Shown: piece by piece, positions 48,916 to 60,029 of the stretch
Layout: the number at the start of each line of letters is the position of its first letter
Numbering within the stretch: position 1 is the stretch's first letter
Assembly (NCBI RefSeq): GCF_022045235.1
Contig: NW_027266267.1
Span: forward strand, 29,016,001 to 29,080,000
Length of the DNA: 64,000 nucleotides
DNA from: Haliotis cracherodii
Taxonomy: Eukaryota
Direction of reading: 5' to 3'
The notes under the pieces: generated by a model
What the model was told of the DNA's origin: nothing
Database searches by the model: none
What the model saw: the letters and a program-made list of their open reading frames with translations, nothing else
Translations under genes and position numbers: made by a program

Positions 48916-50573
48916 TATGTCAATATGAAGTATGTTTGTTTCATACATGATTTCTTTGTAATGTTAGAGTAGAACTTTTTCATCATTTAAAGAGTATGTC
49001 ATGCCTGCTGAACAAATGACGATATGTACTGCTTTCAATGTGTGCCCATGGGATATATCACTCCAGATATGTCGTACTGGAAGGCATAATATCGGTTATA
49101 ACAATGTCTAAGAAATAAATATGGGGGTATTATGGTTCATATTCGAATTTCTTTTATTAAAATATATATATAGTTAATATATATTACATCATTATACTAG
49201 TTTCTGTGACAGACGAAATATGCCATATAAGGAAAAAGGAAGATCTTTAGACCGTATTGACGGTTATAACATAAACAAAATATAGTAAGGTAAACAAATC
49301 GACAAACCATCGAGTTAAGTTTTCACCAACTACAAATTGAGGCGGGCAGATATATGAAAGGTTCCAAGAAACGAAAGGTTTTGATGTGTTTGTAAAGAAG
49401 GTTTTGTTGAGGATGAATATAATTTCCTGTTTGCATGCACAGTGAAACTTCCCACGTAAATACAATGTCTTGATGTCAAGTGATAAATTTAATATCATAA
49501 GAAATTGACGATGTATATTAATAAGTCTATGCAATTAAAGACAAAACTACCTATGTAAATTTCAATTACAGTAATGTTTTCTGTACAGCTGCTGTGAAAT
49601 GGGCCGATGGCCTACGTAACCTTGCTGTATAAACAACAATACAATACAAAATAACACTACAAGACAAACCCCTTTCATAATCATTTGAAATCCTTGCACA
49701 TTTAATACGGAACGCAGATGAAATTCTACGAATCAGACTGTACTACTGAAGTCTGCACTACATATACTGCAAGGAATCCATTACATTAAAGAATACCGGC
49801 AATAGAGATATAAATCACATGTCAAAGGGTGATGTTAGGGTTATCCTTTCGAAACAGCATAACACGTGGAAGGTAGTTATGCTATGGATCATAACCTGGC
49901 ATATATGCATATTATGCAAGGATTTCGTATACATTCTGCACACTAATACTGATAATTCCCCCTGAATTATGTGATTATCCTGATATTTGAAGCATCCAGA
50001 TGATCATGATGCTATCACACGAATCATGAATCAGAGAAAATGATGGCAGTAGTGTACATAATATATAACAAATACTGGCAATAATAATGTTTATCATATA
50101 TCATAGATAGAGCAATACTCGTGCTATGTCTATCTCAAGAAAATCAGGTAATAATGATGTATATCTTATATTATAGACAGGTGAGTTGTTAATGTTGATT
50201 ACATGCAGAGAATGAAGACAATATTACTATTCATCGTATGAAAGGGACAGTGTTATAGAACGTTCCAGATGACAGTGTTATCCCATGCTTATATCTGACA
50301 GGAATATTGAACATATGAAAGGGCATGTACCTTCATCATATTGCTGTTTAGAAAACATAAGCTTTAAGTTCTGTTTTGATACTCTAGCTAAGTCTTTAAA
50401 AGTCTGGTTACCCTCAGGAAACATTTGGCATGGCACTGGTTAAACCATATATGGAAACATATACCATATATGGCTATCACGTAATTTGAATGTACATAAT
50501 CTAAACAATATATTTTCCTGTGTTCCTTATCCAATGTTATGGTATCATATTTGCTACTGCATACTTCAAGGCC

Positions 50574-50817
50574 TAATAATCTCACACGCAGAAGTGATAA
50601 ACAGGTATATTGAATCGATGTATACTTGCAGATATATATATTAATTTTAATTGTCTTTCACATTAATTTTAATCGTCTTTCACATACATGTATATATATA
50701 TATATATGTGAAAGACGATTAAAATTAATGTGAAAGACGATTAAAATTAATATATATATCTGCAAGTATACATCGATTCAATATACCTGTTTATCACTTC
50801 TGCGTGTGAGATTATTA
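50574..50817. repeat. 244-bp near-perfect palindrome centred on (TA)n
   Basis: 113-bp arms (50574-50686 and 50705-50817) with one mismatch. Confidence 0.95.
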
Positions 50818-50823
50818 CACTAC

Positions 50824-50965
50824 NNNNNNNNNNNNNNNNNNNNNNNNNNNNNNNNNNNNNNNNNNNNNNNNNNNNNNNNNNNNNNNNNNNNNNNNNNNNN
50901 NNNNNNNNNNNNNNNNNNNNNNNNNNNNNNNNNNNNNNNNNNNNNNNNNNNNNNNNNNNNNNNNN
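50824..50965. other. Assembly gap (N run)
   Basis: Ns. Confidence 1.
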
Positions 50966-51131
50966 CCAGATCAACACAAGCTGGTTGCTATTCAGAATGT
51001 ACAAAGGAAATAATGTTTTCTGGGACAAGCTCAGAATTAGGACAATGCATCTACATCTATATTCTTAAACTTGAGCCAGTCATTGTTTATATGTTCGCTT
51101 CAATATATGTTTAAGAACAGTTATCTTTTGT

Positions 51132-51188
51132 CAACAACAACAACAACAATAATAACAACAACAACAATAATAACAACAATAATAATAA
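51132..51188 (+). repeat. (AAY)n microsatellite preceding the second R4-type copy
   Basis: Mixed AAC/AAT triplets. Confidence 0.95.
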
Positions 51189-51522
51189 AAAATCCAATGA
51201 AATCATTTATATTATTGAATTTTCTGTCCCTTTTGACACCAATAAGATTCAGGAAAAACATGGCCAATAAGGGGACCTCGCTTTCGAAATGTCATGCATG
51301 CAACCAAAGTACCAAGTTGTCCGACTCTCCATTGTTCTCGGTGCCTTAGGTTTGGTACCTCCCAATCTGTTGACTGACACCGGGAGACTACCAGCAGAAG
51401 GTTGCAGTATTGGGGAGTCTTCACAGTCTCCGAAAAGTTCTCGTTGGGTTTGACTAGGCAGCGCTTCCTGGGAAAAGTCCCTTTCGCTGTCTGGGCTGCG
51501 TGTAGAGGGGGCAACGGCCCTG
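51189..51522 (+). mobile_element. Second, shorter 5'-truncated copy of the R4/Dong-type element
   Basis: Aligns to 15386-15738 (AAATCCAATGAAATCATTTATAT, AAGTACCAAGTTGTCCGACTC.CCATTGTTCTCGGTGCCTT.GGTTTGGTACCTCCCAATC, CTGCGTGTAGA.GGGGCAA.GGCCCTG). Translates to KSNEIIYIIEFSVPFDTNKIQEK and QQKVAVLGSLHSLRKVL. Confidence 0.93.
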
Positions 51523-51656
51523 NNNNNNNNNNNNNNNNNNNNNNNNNNNNNNNNNNNNNNNNNNNNNNNNNNNNNNNNNNNNNNNNNNNNNNNNNNNNNN
51601 NNNNNNNNNNNNNNNNNNNNNNNNNNNNNNNNNNNNNNNNNNNNNNNNNNNNNNNN
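51523..51656. other. Assembly gap (N run)
   Basis: Ns. Confidence 1.
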
Positions 51657-51905
51657 GGGGTAGAAGAGGTCTTCAGCAACCAAAGGTGACTATGCTTGTC
51701 GTAAGAGGCGACTGATGGGATCGGGTGGTCTGATATGGCTGATGCATATGTATGTCATCGTATCCCAATTGCGTGGATCGATGCTCATGATCTCAATCAC
51801 TGGATTGTCTGGTCCAGAATTGATTATATACAGACCGCCGTCATATAGCGGGAATATTGCTGAGTGCGGCGTTAAAGAACAAACAAACAAACAAACAAAC
51901 AACTA
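51657..51905 (+). mobile_element. SINE-like family 2, well-preserved copy, 5' end lost in the gap, (CAAA)n tail
   Basis: Collinear with 14231-14482; tail GGAATATTGCTGAGTGCGGCGTTAAA followed by (ACAA)n. Confidence 0.92.
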
Positions 51906-52057
51906 CTACTAATCCTGATGACACAAACTGAACTAGTATATATATCAATCACCTGATATGGGGTGAGTGAATTATCGAAATATCATACAGATAAATTGAA
52001 ATGATCTTTGTACCATGGGTAATGTGATGGGGTCATGTCATAATACAAAATAGGAGT

Positions 52058-52120
52058 CAAACCCTTTCCATAATCATAAGAAATATCTGCTAACACAGTC
52101 CTTGGTAACAGTCCGACTAC
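52058..52120 (-). repeat. Family X, copy 2
   Basis: AAACCCTTTCCATAATCATAAGAAATATCTGCTAA. Confidence 0.75.
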
Positions 52121-53884
52121 ATGTTTATGAATCACTGTCAGTTAGTGATGTCACAAGGTGTTCGCGAAATGGCGAATAACGCATCAAATTTTACTTGTCA
52201 TTGATTAAGTATTTTGTAATTATTGACAATGTAAATACCCTTCCTTACAAAAACTAATAATTAATTATAAAGAATTTTAGTGTCACCGAATATTTTGATT
52301 ATTACCGCAAGTAAAGTTTTATCGTAGAGTATAATATTCTTTGTCATAGAAGTAGGGCAAAATAATCGATGTGACCACTTAACACCTTAACAACAGGACC
52401 TATAGATGGACATATATCATGGATGCAATGATCATAGATACCATATGAAACAGATATTACAGATATTTGTGTTGAATAAGTTCGTAACCATTTAATCACT
52501 TAACCACAGGACATATACATATACCCACACAGAGGTAATGTTCAAACAATAATGATTTCAAAATTTCTATTCAATAATGGATCATACTCTAGTCATTATA
52601 AAGCTAACACTGATCTGAAACTGTACAGTGACATTTGGACGAACATATTTGGATACTAAAATGTTGATTTGAAAACTTAAATACTTAATATGAACAAATA
52701 GGACGTCATTATGATGCTAAGTATGCTCAGGGGAAGGTAACATCCTTCAACATACAATCTGAGTCGTAAATATTAGCTGAAAATAGGGCATGTTTATTAC
52801 TGTATTTGTTATTAAACAGGCAAGACGTTAATTACTCGCGCTCACCCTTTCCAAATATCGATGTCATAACATAAATCGTTTACAAGGCATGGGCATATGA
52901 TTTCATAACACATGTTTTGATGATGAATCGCATGTTTTGCTTATGTGTGGTATCTATAATACATCGATAACTTTGTATATTCCAGGCATGATCACACATT
53001 CCCAACAAGACACAAATATAATCTTCTCATGTCAACTAAAACTGAAATCCAGCAATTATCACAATATGTATGTATATCAAGCAATGTGATTGAGGAAATC
53101 TCTATCATGATGCTTTATTTCCTTACCCTAGAAGATGGTTAATTGTAACCTGTGGCCTGCCTTTATTAAGTGATGAATAAACACACAACCATCTGTCAAC
53201 ACAATACCTTTCACTTCCATTTTTTTAGATTAAAAAATAAAAACTGCAACTGTTGTCATTATTACCCCCATAAAAGTATCGTAATCAAGATAGAACGAAG
53301 ACTAATTTCCTTTTCAAAATAAATCATAAACGCAAATGACAGCAGTATGTTTTCAAAAGGACAATGAACCAAATATAGGTGGTATATATGGCCACGTTTG
53401 GTTGTGTTAACTACGTTGAAACATTAAAAGAGGCGAGATACCAAATACATGTCAGTGTACGTCTGTGGAACATGCATAAAGAACGTGAGTACTGAATGAT
53501 TGAGGTGAGATAACGACATGAAATGAATTTGTTTGTTTCATTAATGTGGTTGTGCAGATATGGCTCATGTACCACAGTGCTGTTTGTAATACATAAGTTG
53601 TGACTTGGACTGATGCATCCATACATATGTACCAAAACATCACTCAAGGTATAGATAAAAAGAAAATGCTTACTCAGTTTGGCACACGCCATATTTGTGA
53701 CCTAGTAAATCTTAACTGACGCCAGTAAAGGTTTACCTGTAGGTGTCACCGTTAGCTGATTAGTGTAGTCTTACTACTGGTTTTATTGTAACCAACACTA
53801 GAGTGAAAATCAAGTTGAATCACACTGACGACGATCTTACCGATAAAAGGATGCTATATCAGTCCCCAATAGTACACACAAGTG

Positions 53885-53952
53885 AGAAAACCCTTTCCAT
53901 ATTAATAAGAAATATCTACTAAAGGCAGAGTCCACTGCACGATTCTGACTAT
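53885..53952 (-). repeat. Family X, copy 3
   Basis: AAAACCCTTTCCATATTAATAAGAAATATCTACTAAAGGCAGAGTCC..ACGATTCTGACTA. Confidence 0.8.
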
Positions 53953-54634
53953 ATCATAAGCATGTCATGCATCTCCCATATCCCAGCGAGGAACGTATTA
54001 TGTTAATATAAGAGACATATATCTGTGACATGTTTTGTACGCGCGGCGTTTCTCTTGTGCACTGTATAAATACTATACACTCTGAGCGATTAATCAGAAG
54101 ACATATAGTCACACGTGTATGTTCATAGTTTCATTTTTAAAGCTGAGTGTGTCGTCTTCAGCCGATACAAAAACAACACTATGTACAGTTATCGAATGTG
54201 TTTGTTCCCATAACGTTTTCTACACACATGACACATGGTGTTTGGAAAAAAATGATTGATTGATACTGCAGCTCGAAAACTCGAAATATTGATGAAACTG
54301 GAAACAAATGTTAATCTTTTTAAACTGTTTCTCGAACCTCGACGATTAGCCCTCACACATATTTACCTGTGTGTCACCTTTAAGCCTGGCAGTATCTCAT
54401 GCAGTGACAATGATTAAGATATCTAAAATATATTTTTTCCAAATAATATGCCTCTTGTAAGTCTTGACGAAATATGCATCCCACTGTTAAATGTTCATAG
54501 CTTGGATATGGTCGATTAATTCGATGAAAGATGTTAAGGAATATGAACATACATAAACCACTTAAGATTAACGTGATTATTTTTATTTCCTCCCATGAAA
54601 TATTTTAGGCGCGAACATCTGGCATCATCATAAT

Positions 54635-54638
<4 letters not shown>

Positions 54639-54711
<73 letters not shown>

Positions 54712-54712
54712 T
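54639..54712. repeat. (AT)n microsatellite
   Basis: Direct reading. Confidence 0.97.
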
Positions 54713-54713
54713 G

Positions 54714-54805
54714 TAGTCAGAATGGTACAATGGACTCTGCTTCTATTAGCTATTTCTGATTATTATAGAAATGTTTGTTTCGCTTTTATTTATAAAATAC
54801 TTTGA
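54714..54805 (+). repeat. Family X, copy 4 (opposite orientation)
   Basis: TAGTCAGAATGGTACAATGGACTCTGCTT..TATTTCT..TTATAGAAATGTTTGTTTCGCTTTTATT matches the reverse complement of copies 3 and 5. Confidence 0.75.
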
Positions 54806-55283
54806 TGTTAAGGTGAACAACATAAGTTATAACCCAGCTCAGATTGCAGACTGAGTATTGTACATTCTATGTATGCTTCATTGGTGCTATATTGAAAACA
54901 AACATCAATGGGGTAAAATAAATTTGTGAAATCTGTATAAATCAACATGTGAATGCGCCTCTTACAGTACCATGTCTGATGGCTATATTCACATTACTGC
55001 TTAAAACAGACAAGGTGTGTCTGTGATGAACTTGGCTGTTCCCCTGTCTCGCGCTGCAGCAGGGCATGGTCAGGCTGACCTTTATGACCCAGCCGCCTTC
55101 TGCTAGTCTCATTCGAGGCCACTGCCAAAGTTACTGAAAGCAACCTCTACCGGTTGCTACTATATAATCATGGTTTGCTCTACTTAACGAACGTACTATA
55201 ACATATTTAATAACAGGGGGTTACTGTTTATAAGGATTGTCGGCAGACTATATTCCTACTCCCGAGACACTTGGCAAACATTG

Positions 55284-55360
55284 GCGGGTGGGGGTAGAAG
55301 GTGGAAGTTGGGGGGGGGGGGGGGGGGGGTGTGTGTGTTTGGTGGGGGTAGAGGGTGTGG
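55284..55360. repeat. Poly-G / G-rich low-complexity tract
   Basis: Direct reading. Confidence 0.85.
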
Positions 55361-57159
55361 ATCAAGTGATTGTTTTGTTAAATACGTAAGCGATAACAAA
55401 TAGATTTTCTACTTGTTTTAACCCACACTGGTTGTATTATGTGTTATTTGGTTCATGGACTTTAATAAAAGAAAAAAAAAACCTTGCAGTTGGAAGGAAA
55501 ATGAAATTCAAACATACTGAAGACGTACACAGATTCTAAAAAAGGACGAAATGTAACAAATCAGAATGTTATTTTGCAACATATTTATTTCATGACTGCA
55601 TTTTGACTGGGCGTGAAGAAACTATGACTTTCGTAAAACATGAATATTTCCGACATTTGCTGAATATTGAATCGGCACATTCATTAATAATGAACACCTG
55701 TTTTGCGACAGTAGCATTATAATTTATCATTAATGGTTCAAATCATTGGCGGTGACAGTTTGTCGACCACGTTTATTAAGACATAATTACAATATTATTC
55801 AGTGCATTGTATACAACAGACCATCACGACAGTACTCATTACAGAATTTCTCTCTATACTTCCTATCACTATTATTGTGTAAAGGGAATTAATTTGTTTG
55901 TACCCCTTTTGAATAAAAACAGTTGCACTGTTATTCCGGTTAGTCAAAGATGTGATCCATTTATTGAACTATGTTTTAGAGTTACCTGCCCTTGTCGTGT
56001 ACGCGACTGATGTGTTTGGTTAAAAGAAAACGCGGGCTGCAAGAAGAAACAAATGTTTCTCTCCTGAATACATTAGTTAAACTAGATACGACTTCAACGT
56101 GTGTTCATTCGTACATCACAGCTTGTAATTGAATAACTGATATATATTTAACCGTCAGCCTTTACAAAAGTAATATTTAGACAAGGTTTCAAATCACATA
56201 AAGTTAACAAAATTCTCAAAGTGGTGAATAGCGATTATAGTTTTCAAAGCAGTTAGAAACTCACTGTTATCAGTATATACTAAAGCAAACTGTTGTTTGG
56301 GACTGTGAGACAGACTACCATTGTTAATAAAATGTGTTTAAAACAAACCGAATTCAATAATCTTATGCCCTTAATTGAACGTGTGCCCAACAGAGGCCAA
56401 CTGCCACTAGGCTTTGTTCTGCAGTATGAATGATCTTAGATCTCATGCTTATTATAGGCCGTGTTTTCTTATATTCGATGAGAATGGCACCACATCTCTG
56501 GCCAATACAAACTAACTGCCACTGTTGATGAATGTTTCAGTCATTTGTCTGATGAAGAGTAGACATTTTATATATTGACGTTCGGATGATGTTATTAAAT
56601 TATTTCTGACATATTGATCTTTATTACCCAGTTTATCGAAAAAATGCATTGTCAAGGTGTTTTTCTAAAAAACATTATTTTTGTACAAAGTTTAAATAAA
56701 AAAGATCCCCCCCCCCCCAATCCACATACATACACACCTCTCATAGTTATATTGTGTGATAAATATGTTCAAAAGTAGACATGACTTTAAGCGCATGTAA
56801 ATTTGTCGGATAACACTGGATGTACACAAAACACGTATCTCATTATTGCTTCGCCGTATTATCGACTCTCATTATTTAACACAAGAAAAATATATGCTTT
56901 TCTCAATTTGTCCAACTGCAACTTGTTTTTACACCATGATTCATTAAACATATCGCCATTCAGCAGAACTGTAGTTAGAGTTACCCGCCCTTGTGCGCCC
57001 AGGGAGCGTTTAAAGAAAACACCAGGGTGAATAAATGACACATTTTGCACGTAATAAATGAAAGTCTCCTTTCATGAAACAAGCAGCTAGTGGATGACAT
57101 GATGAACATCTAGTACTGCATGCTTTCTCAATTTAACTGCATGCGATAGCTACAGTTGA

Positions 57160-57180
57160 ATGTATGTATGTATGTATGTA

Positions 57181-57240
<60 letters not shown>
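57160..57240. repeat. (ATGT)n(GT)n microsatellite
   Basis: Direct reading. Confidence 0.97.
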
Positions 57241-57241
<1 letters not shown>

Positions 57242-58034
57242 ATCACACCCAACTATAGGACGCATTGTGTGTGCTTCAATCTGACATTGAAACGTGTGTG
57301 TCTACCACGTCCCGCTCTTAACTATGTCAAACAGTGGTTATTCAGTATTTGTTGAAACAAATATCAGTCTGTATTGTCCGTACATTGTAATTTCGTTTTT
57401 AAACGTGAATGCGTCGTGCAAGTATATACCTTGTATCTGATTACGAACTTCTCTACAGATGAAATATATGATGACAGATTGACGGACAAAAATGAAAATA
57501 ACAATAATTGTTTCTAATTTAATCAGCATTAACTCTTATCTCTTTATTATTTTCAAATAATATATGCTGGTTATATGAGGAAAATATATATGATCAAATC
57601 TGTCATTCATGAAAATGTTTAGACTGGTATACCATTATAGCTCTCTTGGGTTACAGGTATGTACAGACGGTAGTAATATTGATGGAACATTGATAAGTGA
57701 AGTGTGAAAAACAAACGAAAACAATCATATAGTTCAGCTCCTCTGATGAAGTTAGAAATTTCAATATGCAATTCGTCTTCAAATTAAACCTAACATTGTC
57801 ATGATGTATTAATCATGTAATCAGAAAAACGAGTTTGTGATATTTATAGGATTTTATCAGTGTTATCTACCTGATATAACAAATTTTGATTCAGCGAAAT
57901 ATAGGATATACGAAGCCCTTTTTTAGTCCCGGAGTAGCGGTACCAAACATTACTGTTTATGTGGACTTCATTTTTCGAACAAAACAATCTGATGTCTGAC
58001 AGAGCTCACTCGGAATTTATTAACTTTGATAATT

Positions 58035-58126
58035 CCCAAAGTAAAGTGTTAATAAAAGCGACAAAACCCTTTCCATATTAATAAGAAATCTCTGGTAAAA
58101 GCAGAGTCTATGGTACGATACTGACC
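58035..58126 (-). repeat. Family X, copy 5
   Basis: AATAAAAGCGACAAAACCCTTTCCATATTAATAAGAAATCTCTGGTAAAAGCAGAGTCTATGGTACGATACTGACC. Confidence 0.8.
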
Positions 58127-58169
58127 ATCTCATTTGCATGTGTCTATAAATCTCGATCACAAAGTGATC

Positions 58170-58305
58170 AAACCAAGCGTTCGCGAAAAGGTGAGCATAT
58201 CCTGCCCCGCCGGGGCACATGGAACAAGTCAAAATTGGGAATGGTCTCGGATATAATTTTGTCCCTGATGAGTCATATTTGGAAATGTCCTCCAAATGTG
58301 TATCA
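58170..58305 (-). mobile_element. Third copy of the GCAGGA.ATGCT.ACC repeat, possibly with a relic RT C-terminus upstream
   Basis: Minus strand GTGCCCCGGCGGGGCAGGATATGCTCACCTTTTCGCGAACGCTTGG versus GTGCTACCGGTAGAGCAGGACATGCTTACCCTTACCGCAAACGCCTGG at 3425; upstream translates HLEDISKYDSSGTK. Confidence 0.55.
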
Positions 58306-58499
58306 TCTTCACCTTATCGTTCAACAGGTCCAAGTTGTCAGTGTATGATGGCATAGGAAATGTGTATTTGTATTTTCCAAATTTCAGTTTTCACTCATAT
58401 CGTAACATTTCCACTGACGACATGCCATCATGGTAATCATATATATTAATATTCAAATTCAACATGAACAAAATATTACATGTTTCTATTCTTTTGGAT

Positions 58500-58792
58500 C
58501 GTCTTTGTGGTGCAGTAGATGGATCGTCTGCACGGAGAATTGAGGAACAGTGTTCGATCCTCTGGCCTTGTTATACTAAAAGGGGTTAAAATATAGTATT
58601 TACCCTTCCTGGCGTTAGGCATTTATAGAGGATAAACAAGGATTGTTCGGCTCGAAGTCTGTGTGCTGCATCTGAGTGGGGTTTCCATCATATTAAGCTG
58701 TGTCATTGTATCCCAGTTGGCAAGTACAAGTTGTGACTAGTACAAACAGACAGACAGTGCAGCGATCTTGAACACCATGTTAATCGTAATTT
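58500..58792 (+). mobile_element. tRNA-derived SINE with Meta-like central domain, decayed
   Basis: A box TGGTGCAGTAGATGG, B box GTTCGATCC, then GTTATACTAAAA..TAAAATATAGTA..CCTGGCGTTAGGCATT..AAGGATTGTTCGGCTCG..GAGTGGGG, which resembles the recalled MetaSINE domain. Confidence 0.65.
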
Positions 58793-58865
58793 TAGCTCAC
58801 TTCACCGCACTTTGTAACTTTTGGAGAAAGGACTTTCAGTAAAGAAAACAATATAATATCAAGCT

Positions 58866-59070
58866 AGTGAGTATACCAGTGGATATTATACGTCATGTAG
58901 CAAGTTCTAACTTTATCACGGCAGTCTGAAAATGATACAATCTGGACCAGGCAAACCATTGGTTGATAGAGTGATCAACGCCCCACACCGTCGAGGTACA
59001 AGGACATACACTCAACAAGGTGAGACCACCCGATTCTCGTGACCTCTCAATCCAAACACCCCGAGGCGTA
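58866..59070 (-). mobile_element. SINE-like family 2, strongly decayed
   Basis: TCTGGACCAGGCAAACCA and GACCACCCGAT are reverse complements of family 2 body motifs. Confidence 0.7.
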
Positions 59071-59137
59071 GTTTTATGTTAGTTAATTATGAAGGGTCAG
59101 ATGTAATTTGTAACCTTTCTTGAAATTCGATATTTGG

Positions 59138-59337
59138 TGTGAGTGAGTAAGTGAGTGAGTTGGGTTTAACACCGCTTTGAACAGTATTCCAGCTGTATCA
59201 CAGCGTGTCGGCTCAATGTGTGAGGAAAGCCCGAACTGATGGAGGTCTTAGACGTTTACCATTGCTGTGAAATCCACAGGTATTGTGCTGACAAACCTAG
59301 AAACATAATCGGGGCGAGCCGGGATTCAAACCCACTA
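59138..59337 (-). mobile_element. tRNA-derived SINE with a different body but the shared tail (family 3)
   Basis: (GAGT)n tail plus GTTTAACACCGCTTTGAACAGTATTCCAGC; B box as GGGATTCAAACCC at ~59321-59333. Confidence 0.75.
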
Positions 59338-59947
59338 TCATAAGGATTTGTACACTGATATTTAGAGGCCATATTAGTTGGTGCATCATATCCACGAACA
59401 ATCAATCGAAGAAACAAAAGAAAAAAACAGAAAGAAAAAACTAACCTTCGATGATGTTAATATTTTTCAAAATTTGTTTGTTGTCGATAAGGTCAGCACC
59501 TACATGTATATGAAGCCTGCACATCCATTCGCTTGCCTGTGGTGTAATTCAATACGAGAAGTATCACGTTTAACCCATATCTATACACGTAACGATTATA
59601 TATGTTGTGTGAGATACCGTTCTAGTTGCCTTTTGTTGTCAGTAGAGATAATAACTGGTATGTAATGATTGTTTAAACTATTATTGTTCACTTAATACCC
59701 AATTTGCATTTCGTCTTCATAAGGTATCTGTTGGTTTTGCAAATTGGTCAGATTACTTTCTTCCAACGACTTGCACAATGTCTTTGGTGCCCTTTACAAG
59801 TGGCATTTACGTTGACGTTCTTAACAGTAGATCATATCGATGAAAATAGTACAATACAGACCGCCCGTTATGAAGCAGACATATAGCCTAAACATATTAC
59901 TCAGTCATATTAATATAAAAACAAAACAAATTAAGTTGTTGTAATAC

Positions 59948-60029
59948 GTCTATTACTTTCAGTAAACATTGATATTATATATACATAATCAAATATATAT
60001 GTCTATTACTTTCAGTAATCATTGATATT
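59948..60029. repeat. 29-bp direct repeat, offset 53
   Basis: GTCTATTACTTTCAGTAA(A/T)CATTGATATT at 59948 and 60001. Confidence 0.9.

Noticed and set aside
58264-58290. Hammerhead ribozyme core CTGATGA..GAAA (also checked 48421 and 57742)
   Set aside because: Stem II cannot pair and no stems I/III close a cleavage triplet.
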